Origin: an uncultured Thermoanaerobaculia bacterium
GTDB taxonomy: Bacteria > Acidobacteriota > Thermoanaerobaculia > Multivoradales > JAGPDF01
Length of the DNA stretch: 64,000 nt
Assembly: GCA_964476605.1 (NCBI GenBank)
Contig: CAYZBH010000012.1
Coordinates: 3,869 to 67,868, forward strand
Direction of reading: 5' to 3'
Shown here: piece after piece, positions 24,966 to 38,416 of the stretch
Layout of the letters: each line of letters begins with the position of its first letter
Numbering within the stretch: position 1 is the first letter of the stretch
The notes under the pieces: generated by a model
Told to the model about the DNA's origin: nothing
The model's database searches: none
What the model saw: the letters and a program-made list of their open reading frames with translations, nothing else
Made by a program: the position numbers and the translations under genes

Positions 24966-25613
24966 ATGACGGCCCAGCCGCCTGATCTCGCGGAGCTTCG
25001 CGAGGCGATCGTCGCCGGCGATGGTGGCCGGGCGCGGGAGCTCGCGCGCCTCCACCTCGCGGCGGAGGGGGATCCCGTCGCCGCGGTCGAGCTCGGATTC
25101 GGAGCGGGGCTGAGGCGGGTCGGCGAGCTCTGGGAGAGCGGCGACTATTTCCTGCCGGAGCTGGTCCAGGGGGCCGAAGCGATGAAGAGCGCCATGGCGG
25201 AGCTCTTGCCGGCGCTCGCCGCGCGGGCGGGAGGTGTGACCTGCCGCGGCCGGGTGGTGCTCGGAACCGTGCGCGGGGACCTGCACGACATCGGCAAGAG
25301 CCTGGTCGGCGTCCTGCTCGCGGCGCACGGCTTCGAGATCCACGACCTCGGCGTCGACGTCCCCGCGGAGGCGTTCGTCGCCAGGGCGCGCGAGGTCGGC
25401 GCGGAGATCGTCGCCGCCTCGGCGCTGCTCACGACGACGATGGTGGGACAGCGGAGCCTCGCCGAAGCGCTCCGCGCCGCGGCGCTTCCGAGCCGGCCGC
25501 GGCTCCTGGTCGGCGGCGCGCCGACCACCCCGCGCTGGGCGGAGGAGATCGGCGCCCACCATGCCGAGAACGCGCTGCGCGCCGTCGACGTCGCGGCGCG
25601 ACTGGTTTCCTGA
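24966..25613 (+). CDS. cobalamin-binding corrinoid protein (MtbC/MtgC/MetH-B12-domain type: B12-binding_2 cap + Rossmann B12 domain)
   Basis: DxHxxG motif 'GDLHDIGKS', 'SALLTTTM' and 'LVGGAP' motifs. 215 aa. Confidence 0.85.
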   Translation: MTAQPPDLAELREAIVAGDGGRARELARLHLAAEGDPVAAVELGFGAGLRRVGELWESGDYFLPELVQGAEAMKSAMAELLPALAARAGGVTCRGRVVLGTVRGDLHDIGKSLVGVLLAAHGFEIHDLGVDVPAEAFVARAREVGAEIVAASALLTTTMVGQRSLAEALRAAALPSRPRLLVGGAPTTPRWAEEIGAHHAENALRAVDVAARLVS

Positions 25614-26491
25614 TGTCCTTCTCGAATCGCCTCGCCCGTGGCCCCTGCCTGCTGTGGGACGGCGGGATGGGCACCCTGCTGATGGCGCGGGGACTGGCGG
25701 CGGGCGAAGCCCCCGAGCGCTGGAATCTCGAGCGCCCAGAGGAGGTCCGTGCCGCGCACGCCGATTACGTCGCCGCGGGCTGTGACGTGGTGCAGACCAA
25801 CACCTTCGGCGCCCACCCGCTCCGTCTGGAGCGCTTCGGATTCGCGGAGCGCTGCGAGGAGATCGCAACGCGCGCCACGGCGCTCGCACGAAGTGCGGCT
25901 GGCACGTTCGTCGTCGGGGACCTGGGACCCGTGGGGGAGCTCCTACCTCCGGTCGGAACCGGAGACCCGGTGCGCTTCCGCGCGGGCTATCTCCGGCTCG
26001 CCCGGGCGCTCGCGGAGGCCGGATGCGATGCCCTCCACGTCGAAACGCAAAGCGATCTCGCCGAGGCCCGGATCGCCCTCTCCGCGGCGCTCGAGGCCGC
26101 TCCTGGGCTCCCCGTCCTGGTCTCGCTCGCGTTCGAGCGGCGGCCACGCGGCTTCTTCACGGTGATGGGGAATCCGCTGCTCGCATCGCTCGACGAGCTC
26201 GCGCGCCGGGGCGCCTCGGCGGTGGGGGCGAACTGCTCGCTCGCGAGCGGCGACATGGCGGTGCTCGGGCGCGAGCTGCTCGCTGGCACGGGCGCGCGGA
26301 CGCTCTTCCAGCCGAACGCGGGGCGTCCCGAGCCCCGTGCCCGAGGCTTCGTTTACACGCAGGAACCACGCGAGTTCGCGGCCGACCTCGCGCCCCTCGC
26401 GGAGGCCGGCGCAGCGGCGCTCGGCGGCTGCTGCGGCACCGATCCCCGGTTTCTCCGGGCGCTCCGCGACCTGCTCGACGAGGGCCCGTGA
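25613..26491 (+). CDS. homocysteine S-methyltransferase domain protein (PF02574; MetH N-terminal Hcy-binding barrel type)
   Basis: ATG overlapping the preceding stop (TGATG). 'CDVVQTNTF', 'VGANCSLASG' and 'LGGCCGT' supply the Cys, CysCys zinc ligand pattern of MetH/BHMT homocysteine-binding domains. Confidence 0.8.
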   Translation: MSFSNRLARGPCLLWDGGMGTLLMARGLAAGEAPERWNLERPEEVRAAHADYVAAGCDVVQTNTFGAHPLRLERFGFAERCEEIATRATALARSAAGTFVVGDLGPVGELLPPVGTGDPVRFRAGYLRLARALAEAGCDALHVETQSDLAEARIALSAALEAAPGLPVLVSLAFERRPRGFFTVMGNPLLASLDELARRGASAVGANCSLASGDMAVLGRELLAGTGARTLFQPNAGRPEPRARGFVYTQEPREFAADLAPLAEAGAAALGGCCGTDPRFLRALRDLLDEGP

Positions 26492-27168
26492 AGGGGACCC
26501 TGCGCCTCGAAGTCGCAGTCCGGGAAGACGACGTACTGCACTTCCTCGGCTACCGCGGCGGACGTCGTCCGTCGGCGTCGCTCGCCGGGCGCCTCGAGGA
26601 GGCCGTGGGCGAGGCCCGCGAACTCGCCTCCCCGCGCGGCGCCTGGCGTCCGCTGGCCGTCGAGGAGGCGGGGGAGCTCGGTCTCGAGGAGATCCCGGCC
26701 GCGGGCTTGGTGATCGGACTGGTGACGATCGGCTCGGCGATCGAGGAGCTGTCGAGCGAGCGCCTGCGGGAGGGCGATGCGGCGGGTGCGCTGTTTCTCG
26801 ACGCCGCCGGGAGCGCGGCGGTGGAAGAGGCGGCCGACCGGCTCGGAGCCGCGATCGTCCGCGAGCTCGCTCCGCCGAAAAGCAGGGGCGAAGCACCGTT
26901 TCCAGCCGAGAGCCCGCACGGTCCCGTCTCCTGCCGGATCAGCCCCGGATACGGCACCTGGCTGCTCGCCGGACAGCGCGCTCTCTTCGAGCGCCTCCCG
27001 GCGCGGGCGCTCGGAATCCGATTGGAGAGCTCGCTGCTCATGGTGCCGAGGAAGACGATCTCGTTCGCGATGTGGCTGGGGGCGGACGCCAAGCCGGTCG
27101 CGGGGCTCGCGGGCTGCGCGCGGTGCGCGCTCGCGTCCTGTCGCTACCGGCGGGAACCCGGGGCCTAG
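26488..27168 (+). CDS. MetH-like AdoMet-dependent reactivation (activation) domain protein (PF02965-like), stand-alone
   Basis: GTG start overlapping the preceding stop (GTGA). 'SPGYGTW...LFERL' and 'LESSLLMVPRKTISFAMW' resemble the conserved 'PGY' and 'LTESFAMWP..SVSG' motifs of the MetH C-terminal domain. Assignment from memory of the family, not a search. Confidence 0.55.
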   Translation: MKGTLRLEVAVREDDVLHFLGYRGGRRPSASLAGRLEEAVGEARELASPRGAWRPLAVEEAGELGLEEIPAAGLVIGLVTIGSAIEELSSERLREGDAAGALFLDAAGSAAVEEAADRLGAAIVRELAPPKSRGEAPFPAESPHGPVSCRISPGYGTWLLAGQRALFERLPARALGIRLESSLLMVPRKTISFAMWLGADAKPVAGLAGCARCALASCRYRREPGA

Positions 27169-27172
27169 CGCG

Positions 27173-28621
27173 ATGGTTCGCTGCGCGCTCTTCGACGCGA
27201 CCGAGGTCGCCGCCCTCGTCGACGAGGCCCGCGCGGTGCTCGCGCGCGTCGGATTCGGGGTGGAGAACGCCGCGGGGGCCGAGCTCCTCTCCGCCGCAGG
27301 CGTGCCGCGGCGAGCGGGACGGTTCCATCCCGACGGCGCCACGCTGGAGAGGGCGCTCGCGAGCGCGCCACGCCGCTTCGTCCTCTTCAGCCGTTCCGGC
27401 GAGCCGGCGCTTCGCTTCGGGGAAGGTCTGGTTCAGTTCGACCCGGGATCGGCCGCCGTCTACCGGCTGGACGGGGAGCGGGAGGAGCGACGCCTGGCAC
27501 GCGCGGCGGACCTGGTGGATCTCGCGCGCCTCGTGGAGGATCTCCCGGCCTACGCGGCGCAGTCCACGGCACTCGTCGCGAGCGATGTCCCGGGCAGCCT
27601 CTCCGACAGCTACCGACTCTGGGTCGCGCTCGCCTTCGGCCGCAAGCCGGTGGTGACGGGGACCTTCTCGAAGGAGTCGTTCGCGGTCATGCGCGACATG
27701 CTGGTGGCGGTGCGGGGGGACGAGGGGAGGCTGCGCGCCCAGCCGCTCGCCCTCTTCGATTGCTGTCCGACCTCCCCGCTCACCTGGACGGACCTCACGG
27801 CCCAGGCCCTCGTCGACTGCGCGCGCGCCGGAATCCCCGCGCAGATCGTGCCGGTGCCCCTCACCGGCGCGACGTCGCCCGTCACCCTGCGGGAGACGGT
27901 CGTGCAGCACGTCGCCGAGAGCCTCTCCGGTCTGTTGATCCACCAGCTGGCGTCTCCCGGAGCACCCGTGGTCCTCGGCGGCGCCCCCGCCGCGTTCGAC
28001 ATGCGCCTGGGGACGGCCGTCATGTCCGCGCCGGAGAGTCTCCTCTTGCAGGTTGGATTCGCGCAGGTGGCGCGTCACCTCGGGATCCCCTGTCACGGCT
28101 ACCTCGCTCTCTCGGATGCGAAGCGCCCCGACTACCAGGCGGGCATGGAGAGCGCCGCCGGGGCCGTGATGGGAGCCCTCGCGGGCTTCGATCTCATCTC
28201 CGGCCCGGGGCTCCTCGATTTCCTCCTCACTCAATCCTTCGAGAAGCTCCTGCTGGACCACGACGCCTGCCTGCTCGCGCTCCGCCTCGTCCGGGGCATC
28301 GAAGCGCGCGGCGGCGACGCCATCGAGCTCATCGGGGCGGCGGTCGCGAACGGCCAGATGCTCGGCCACCCGCACACGCGTCGCCATTACCGCGAGGAGC
28401 TCGCGACCCTCTCCCGGCTCGTCGATCGGTCGACCTACGGAGACTGGGAGGCGGCAGGTTCCCGGGACGCCGCGTCGCGTGCCCGCGCGGAGGTCGCGCG
28501 AAAGCTCGCAGTGGAGCCCGCGGGCGAGCTCGGGGGAGGTGTCCGCGAGGATCTCGATCGCGTGCTGGCCGCGGCGGCGCGCGCGCGGGGAGTCGAGCTG
28601 CCGGCCCTCGCCGGGGTGTAG
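27173..28621 (+). CDS. MttB-superfamily methyltransferase (trimethylamine/glycine-betaine:corrinoid methyltransferase family), non-pyrrolysine member
   Basis: 482 aa uninterrupted ORF with no internal amber codon. '[12 protein letters not shown]...[15 protein letters not shown]...[14 protein letters not shown]...[13 protein letters not shown]...[16 protein letters not shown]' is collinear with MttB/MtgB TIM-barrel proteins. Confidence 0.85.
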   Translation: MVRCALFDATEVAALVDEARAVLARVGFGVENAAGAELLSAAGVPRRAGRFHPDGATLERALASAPRRFVLFSRSGEPALRFGEGLVQFDPGSAAVYRLDGEREERRLARAADLVDLARLVEDLPAYAAQSTALVASDVPGSLSDSYRLWVALAFGRKPVVTGTFSKESFAVMRDMLVAVRGDEGRLRAQPLALFDCCPTSPLTWTDLTAQALVDCARAGIPAQIVPVPLTGATSPVTLRETVVQHVAESLSGLLIHQLASPGAPVVLGGAPAAFDMRLGTAVMSAPESLLLQVGFAQVARHLGIPCHGYLALSDAKRPDYQAGMESAAGAVMGALAGFDLISGPGLLDFLLTQSFEKLLLDHDACLLALRLVRGIEARGGDAIELIGAAVANGQMLGHPHTRRHYREELATLSRLVDRSTYGDWEAAGSRDAASRARAEVARKLAVEPAGELGGGVREDLDRVLAAAARARGVELPALAGV

Positions 28622-28704
28622 CCCGGGAGACCGAGCGACGCGCATCGGGGTGCTACACTCCGAGCCCCGACTGGCGCGCCGTTTCGTCCCAGGAGATCGA
28701 CCTC

Positions 28705-30432
<1,728 letters not shown>

Positions 30433-30437
30433 AACCG

Positions 30438-30935
30438 ATGGCCGACACCGTCTCCACACTACGCGGACTCCTCGCCTACACGATGTGGGCCGATCGGGCC
30501 GTTCTCGAGGCGCTCAAGGGGGTCAGCCCCGAGGACGCGATGCGCGAGACGGGGAGCAGCTTCGGTTCGGTCCTCGGCACCATGGCGCATATCCTCGGCG
30601 CGGAGCAGCTCTGGCTCTCGCGCCTGCTGGGCATCCCCTTGACGCACCTGCCGAGTCGCGACGACTTCCCGACCGTGGAGCTCCTCGCCGCGAGCTTCGA
30701 GGACTTCTGGCCGCAGCTCGAGTTCTTCCTCGCCACGTTGTCGGGCGATCAAGTCGATGCCGACTTCGCGTGGACGAACTTGCGGGGCGAGGCGCGCTCC
30801 GCGCCGCTCCGGCAGGTGCTCCTCCACGTGGTGAATCACTCGACCTACCATCGGGGGCAAGTCGTCTCCCAGTTGCGCCAGCTCGGCTATTCGCCGCCCT
30901 CGACCGATCTCGTGGAGTACCGTGGCGCCGTCTAG
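30438..30935 (+). CDS. DinB/YfiT-like (DUF664) four-helix-bundle metal-binding protein
   Basis: 165 aa. 'LLAYTMWADRAVLEAL' and 'HVVNHSTYHRGQV' His motifs typical of the DinB_2 family. Confidence 0.75.
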   Translation: MADTVSTLRGLLAYTMWADRAVLEALKGVSPEDAMRETGSSFGSVLGTMAHILGAEQLWLSRLLGIPLTHLPSRDDFPTVELLAASFEDFWPQLEFFLATLSGDQVDADFAWTNLRGEARSAPLRQVLLHVVNHSTYHRGQVVSQLRQLGYSPPSTDLVEYRGAV

Positions 30936-32835
30936 CGACGCCCTGGCAGCTCGCGGAGAACGATCGTCCCGATCGCCGACCTGGCTGGCGCACTTGGCGT
31001 TCTGCTCGGGGCTCGTCTTGGCGCTCTCTTCCGGGTGCATGCGGGAAGAGGGCGCCAGGCCCAGCGAACGGTTGATCGAGCACGGCGAGGTGACGACTGC
31101 GTCGCTCGGGGACGGGGAGCACCCCGAGGTGCCCGAGTCCTGGCTGGCGGACGTCGCGATGGTTGCTCCGCCAAATCGTGTCGTGAGCCTGGCCCGACGC
31201 CGGCTGCCGGACGGCGATGGCTACGACCAGCGCGCCTCGATCGCGGCCCCCGCAGGGAGCCGCTACGTCTTCGACCTCGACCTGCCGAAGCGCCCGACGC
31301 TCCGGCTCGCCTGGGCGGCCGGCGCCCCGGAGGGGCGCGAGGGAGAGTCGTGGAGCCTCGCGTTTCGCGCCGCCGTGGAATCGGACGGAGGCTCCCCGGT
31401 GGAGGTGTCGCAGGGGACGGTCACGTCGCGCGACAGGCTGGCGGGGTGGAACGAGGCGACCGTCTCCCTCGGACGATGGGCCGGGCGTCACGTCAGGCTG
31501 GCGCTTGAGACCTCGGGTGACCCGTTGCCCTGGGGTGCCTGGGCGAATCCGATCGTCGACGCAGGACCGAGCGCGCGGCCCAATCTCATCCTGATCAGCG
31601 TCGACACCGTGCGCGCGGATCACCTCGGTGCGTACGGCTATAGGCGCCGTCCGACGACCCCGCGGCTCGACCGCTTCGCGGCCGACAACATCCGGTTCGC
31701 ATGGGCGATCGCGCAGGCGCCGTGGACACAGCCTTCCCATCAGGCGATGCTCTCGGGAATCTATCCGGCCTCCCGAGGCGAGCTCGAAAGGGTCTATCTC
31801 GCGCGCGTCCTCTGGCACGCGGGGTATCGCACGCTCGCGCTGACCGGCGGTGGTCAGGTGGACGTGCGCTTCGGGTTCGACCGTGGATTCGAGGCCTTCC
31901 GGCTCTCCGACTGGATCCATGCGCCGGAGGAGACGGTGCGCTGGACCGCGAGCCGAACCTCCGGCCCGTTCTTTCTCTTCCTTCACACCTACGAAGTCCA
32001 CGAGCCCTACACGCACGACGAATTCGCGCGCGCCATGCCGCCGGGACGTCTCGGGACGACCTTCAGCAAGGACCTCTGGCAGCACATGGGAAAGGTCTTC
32101 ACCGAAGAAGAGATGGCCTACATCGAGGCGCTCTACGACGGTGACCTGCGGTACACCGACGAGAAGTTGGGGCAGTGGTTCGAAGCAGCGGCCCGGGCGG
32201 GCTGGCTGGACAACTCGATCATCGTGGTGACGAGCGACCATGGCGAGCAGTTCTGGGAGCACGCGACCTGGGGGCATGGACAGAGCCTGCACGATCACCA
32301 GCTGCACGTTCCGCTGCTCGTCCATCTGCCCCCGTCGGTGCGCGCCCGCCTCGGCGCTCGTGCGCTCGCACCGGGCTCGGTGGTCGCGGACCAAGTGCAA
32401 CTGATCGACCTCTATCCGACGCTGCTGGAGCTGCTGCAGATTCCCGCCGAGAGCCGCGTCCAGGGGACCTCCGTCGTGCCGCTGCTCGCCGGCGAGGCGA
32501 TGGCGCCGCGCGAGGCCTTCGCCGAGCGGACGAACGTTCGCGCCTACGAGTCGAAGGCCCTGCGGACGCTGCGCTACAAGTTCATCTACTCCTTTCCCAG
32601 GCGCGAGACCGCGCTCGACCGGCCGCCCCTGGAGCTCTTCGACTTGAGGCGCGACCCGGGCGAGCAGACCAACCTCGCCGCCCTGCAGCCGGACGTGGTC
32701 GCGGGCCTGAAGGAGCGTGTTCTCGCCATCTCGGCCGGCGGCGATCTCGCCGGGGATTCCGACGAGAATCCGCCGCTCGACGCCGACCTGGCCGCCAAGC
32801 TCCGGGCCCTGGGCTATCTGGACAACGGGCGATGA
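30922..32835 (+). CDS. sulfatase-like hydrolase/transferase (alkaline-phosphatase superfamily), predicted lipoprotein
   Basis: GTG start. Lipobox 'LVLALSSGC'. Catalytic-core 'LILISVDTVRADHLGAYGY' and 'VVTSDHGEQFWEHATWGHG'. Lacks the C/S-x-P-x-R formylglycine motif and has Thr at the nucleophile position, so it is a phosphotransferase-like branch rather than a true arylsulfatase. Confidence 0.8.
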   Translation: MAPSSDALAARGERSSRSPTWLAHLAFCSGLVLALSSGCMREEGARPSERLIEHGEVTTASLGDGEHPEVPESWLADVAMVAPPNRVVSLARRRLPDGDGYDQRASIAAPAGSRYVFDLDLPKRPTLRLAWAAGAPEGREGESWSLAFRAAVESDGGSPVEVSQGTVTSRDRLAGWNEATVSLGRWAGRHVRLALETSGDPLPWGAWANPIVDAGPSARPNLILISVDTVRADHLGAYGYRRRPTTPRLDRFAADNIRFAWAIAQAPWTQPSHQAMLSGIYPASRGELERVYLARVLWHAGYRTLALTGGGQVDVRFGFDRGFEAFRLSDWIHAPEETVRWTASRTSGPFFLFLHTYEVHEPYTHDEFARAMPPGRLGTTFSKDLWQHMGKVFTEEEMAYIEALYDGDLRYTDEKLGQWFEAAARAGWLDNSIIVVTSDHGEQFWEHATWGHGQSLHDHQLHVPLLVHLPPSVRARLGARALAPGSVVADQVQLIDLYPTLLELLQIPAESRVQGTSVVPLLAGEAMAPREAFAERTNVRAYESKALRTLRYKFIYSFPRRETALDRPPLELFDLRRDPGEQTNLAALQPDVVAGLKERVLAISAGGDLAGDSDENPPLDADLAAKLRALGYLDNGR

Positions 32836-32874
32836 GGCCGGCGCGGGGCGCGGTCAACTGCTAGAATCGCGGCT

Positions 32875-33273
32875 ATGAGCGCCAAGGGCATGCGGGTGTT
32901 GATCGCCAAGCCGGGGCTCGACGGGCACGATCGAGGAGCCAAAGTCGTGGCGCGCGCGCTGCGTGATGCCGGCTACGAGGTCATTTACAGCGGGCTGCGG
33001 CAGACGCCGGAACAGATCGCGGCGGCGGCGGTCCAGGAGGACGTGGACGCGGTCGGCCTGTCGATCCTCTCCGGAGCGCACAACCGTCTCCTTCCGGAAG
33101 TGACGCGGCTGCTGCGGGAGGCGGGGGCCGACGATGTCTTGGTGTTCGCAGGCGGCATCATCCCGGATCGGGACATCGCCGGCCTCAGGAGCGCGGGCAT
33201 CGACCAGGTCTTCCTGCCGGGAACGTCGACCGGGGACATCGTCAAGTACCTCGAGACCCGCTTGGACGGCTGA
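32875..33273 (+). CDS. methylmalonyl-CoA mutase B12-binding small subunit
   Basis: 132 aa. '[23 protein letters not shown]' (DxHxxG), '[13 protein letters not shown]', 'VFAGGIIP'. Confidence 0.85.
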   Translation: MSAKGMRVLIAKPGLDGHDRGAKVVARALRDAGYEVIYSGLRQTPEQIAAAAVQEDVDAVGLSILSGAHNRLLPEVTRLLREAGADDVLVFAGGIIPDRDIAGLRSAGIDQVFLPGTSTGDIVKYLETRLDG

Positions 33274-33324
33274 GATGGCGCGAAGGCGCGCCGCGAGGCG
33301 CCGGGCTCGTTGGAGGGGAGCGAA

Positions 33325-34095
33325 ATGAGCAAGTCGATTCTGTTGGCCGACGACAGCGTGACGATCCAGAAAGTCGTCGAGCTGACGTTCCTGGACGAGG
33401 ACTTCCACGTCAGCGCGGTCAGCAACGGTGCCGAGGCCATCGCGCGCCTCGGCGAGACGACCCCGGACGTCGTCATCGCGGACGTCCATATGCCGGGAGC
33501 GGACGGCTACGAAGTCTGCCGGCGCTCCAAGGAGCTCCACCCCGACGTCCCCGTGCTCCTGCTCGCCGGTACCTTCGAGGCGTTCGATCCCGAGGAGGCG
33601 ACACGATGTGGCTCCGACGGCTACCTGAAGAAGCCGTTCGACTCGCAAGAGCTCCTGCGCCGCGTGCGCGAGCTCGCCTCGGCGACGGCGGTGGCACGGC
33701 CGCAGCCCGTGGTCGAGGCGTCCGCGGACGAGCAGGACTGGGAGCCGGTCCCCGAAGAGTCGGTAGCCGGCGCGCCGGGCGGCGCTGACGGGCTCGGATA
33801 CGAGCTCGAGTCGGTTTCGGTCGTGGCGGAAAGCGCGCCCTCCGAGTCCTTCGCCACCACCATGTTCGCCTCGGCCGCACGGATCGAGATCCCGGAGCCG
33901 GCGCCCGAGCCGGTGCCGCCCGTCACCGCTGGCAACGGATCGCTCTCCGACGGCGACGTCGACCGGATCGCCCGGCGGGTGCTCGAGCTGGCGGGGGAGC
34001 GCGTCGTGCGCGACGTGGCCTGGGAGGTCGTCCCCGATCTCGCGGAAGTGATTCTCAAGGCCCGCATCCGCGAGCTGGAAGCCTCGGTAGAGTAG
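33325..34095 (+). CDS. response-regulator receiver protein with uncharacterised acidic C-terminal domain
   Basis: ATG with GGAGGGGA Shine-Dalgarno sequence. 'ILLADDSVTIQKVVE...VVIADVHMPGADGYEVC...GYLKKPF' REC domain. The C-terminal ~140 aa has no recognisable DNA-binding or enzymatic motif. Confidence 0.75.
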   Translation: MSKSILLADDSVTIQKVVELTFLDEDFHVSAVSNGAEAIARLGETTPDVVIADVHMPGADGYEVCRRSKELHPDVPVLLLAGTFEAFDPEEATRCGSDGYLKKPFDSQELLRRVRELASATAVARPQPVVEASADEQDWEPVPEESVAGAPGGADGLGYELESVSVVAESAPSESFATTMFASAARIEIPEPAPEPVPPVTAGNGSLSDGDVDRIARRVLELAGERVVRDVAWEVVPDLAEVILKARIRELEASVE

Positions 34096-34182
34096 TCCCA
34101 CGCGGGTGTCCCCGCCACGGCGTGCCGCGGACTCCGCGGCGCCGCCGAGCGTGCGTCTTTCAACTCGACCCGGAAAGTGGAG

Positions 34183-36806
<2,624 letters not shown>

Positions 36807-36810
<4 letters not shown>

Positions 36811-37628
36811 CTTCCGACGCGGCGGGCCGCTCCTCGACGGGGGTCGCCGAGCTCGGCGCCTCCTGGAGCTCCCGACGCGAGCAGATCCCAGCCTGGGATC
36901 TCAACGTCGCCCTGCTCTCGACCGTCGAGTCGACGCAGCAGCTCGCGCGCCGGCTCCTCGACCGGTTTCTCCACGAGGGGGACGAACCCCTACCCTACGT
37001 CGTGGGCGCGCTCGAGCAGCGCGCCGGCCGAGGTCGACAGGGGCGGACGTGGGAGAGTCCGCGTGGCGGGCTCTACGCCAGCTTGGTCATCGCGTGCACG
37101 GACCACCTCGAGCTCGGTGCGACGCCGGTGCGGGCCGCGGTCGCCCTCGCGACCTTCCTGAACTCGATTCTCGACGCCCGGTGCCGGATCAAGTGGCCGA
37201 ACGACGTGGTCGTGGGGCGTCGGAAGATCGGCGGTGTCCTCGTCGATGCCGTACCTTCGCCGGAGAACGCGGGCTCCTTCTGCGCCGTCATCGGATTCGG
37301 GGTGAATTTCGAGGTCCTGCCGCAGCCGCCTTCCGGAGCGGAGGTCACCTCGGTATTGGCCGAATCACCCGACTGCGGCTGGAGCCTCGCCGACTTCACC
37401 AGCGGGGGGATCGCCGCGGTCTGGCGGGGAATGTCCTCTTCGCGCGAGGAAGCGATCGAGCGATTCTCCGACCTCTCCGCGCATCACCCGGGCGAGGCGC
37501 TCGAATGCCGGATCGGCGACGAGAGGGTCCAGGGGAACTTCCGAGGATTCGACGACCGCGGATTCCTGGTGCTCGAGACCGATGGCGGAGAACGGGTCGT
37601 CAGCTCGGGGGAGGTCTTCGCATGGTGA
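36807..37628 (+). CDS. birA: biotin--[acetyl-CoA-carboxylase] ligase
   Basis: GTG overlapping the valS stop. 'GRGRQGRTWESPRGGLYAS' biotin-binding loop and 'KWPNDVVVGRRKIGGVL'. Confidence 0.85.
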
Positions 37629-38416
37629 AGCCGAGATCCGCGGGCGAGATCCTGGTGGTGGTCGACGTCGGCAACACGAACACCGTCTTCGGGGTCTACC
37701 GAGGTGACGACCTGGTGGCGCACTTCCGGCTCTCGACCGATACCGAGCGCACCGCGGACGAGTACGGTGCGATGCTGCTGCCGCTCTTCGGCCGCGCCGG
37801 ACTCGAACCGGAATCGGCGAGCGCCGTGGTCGTCTCTTCGGTGGTGCCTCCGCTCAACGCGACGCTGAATCGCCTGGCGCGCGAGTTCTTCGGTCATCAA
37901 CCCCTGTACGTCGAGCCCGGCGTCAAGACGGGCCTGCCGATCCGCTACGACAACCCGAGCGAAGTCGGCGCCGATCGCATCGTCAACGCGGTGGCGGCGC
38001 GCGAGCTCTACGGGGCTCCGGTGATCGTGGTCGATTTCGGAACCGCGACCACGTTCGACGTGGTGAACGCCGGGGGGGAGTACGCGGGAGGCATCATCTC
38101 GCCCGGCATCCTCATCTCGGCGGAGGCGCTCTTCGCGCACGCCTCGAGGCTCTATCGCGTCGACGTGCGCCGTCCTCAGGAGCTGCTCGGTCGGAACACC
38201 GCGTCCGCGATGCAAGCGGGGATCTACTTCGGCTACATCGGGCTGGTCGACGGGATCCTGGAGCGCCTGCTCGCGGAGGTCTCCGGCGTACGCGAGATCG
38301 TCGCGACCGGCGGCCAGGCCGAGCTCATCGCGAGCGGCTCCAGATTCCTGCGACGCACCGAGCCGCTGCTCACGCTGATCGGGCTCAAGCTGATCCATGA
38401 GCGCAACCGGAGCTGA
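37622..38416 (+). CDS. coaX: type III pantothenate kinase
   Basis: 'ILVVVDVGNTNTVFGV', 'GADRIVNAVAA', 'VIVVDFGTATTFDVV' ASKHA-fold motifs. The birA-coaX pairing is common. Confidence 0.9.
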   Translation: MVKPRSAGEILVVVDVGNTNTVFGVYRGDDLVAHFRLSTDTERTADEYGAMLLPLFGRAGLEPESASAVVVSSVVPPLNATLNRLAREFFGHQPLYVEPGVKTGLPIRYDNPSEVGADRIVNAVAARELYGAPVIVVDFGTATTFDVVNAGGEYAGGIISPGILISAEALFAHASRLYRVDVRRPQELLGRNTASAMQAGIYFGYIGLVDGILERLLAEVSGVREIVATGGQAELIASGSRFLRRTEPLLTLIGLKLIHERNRS

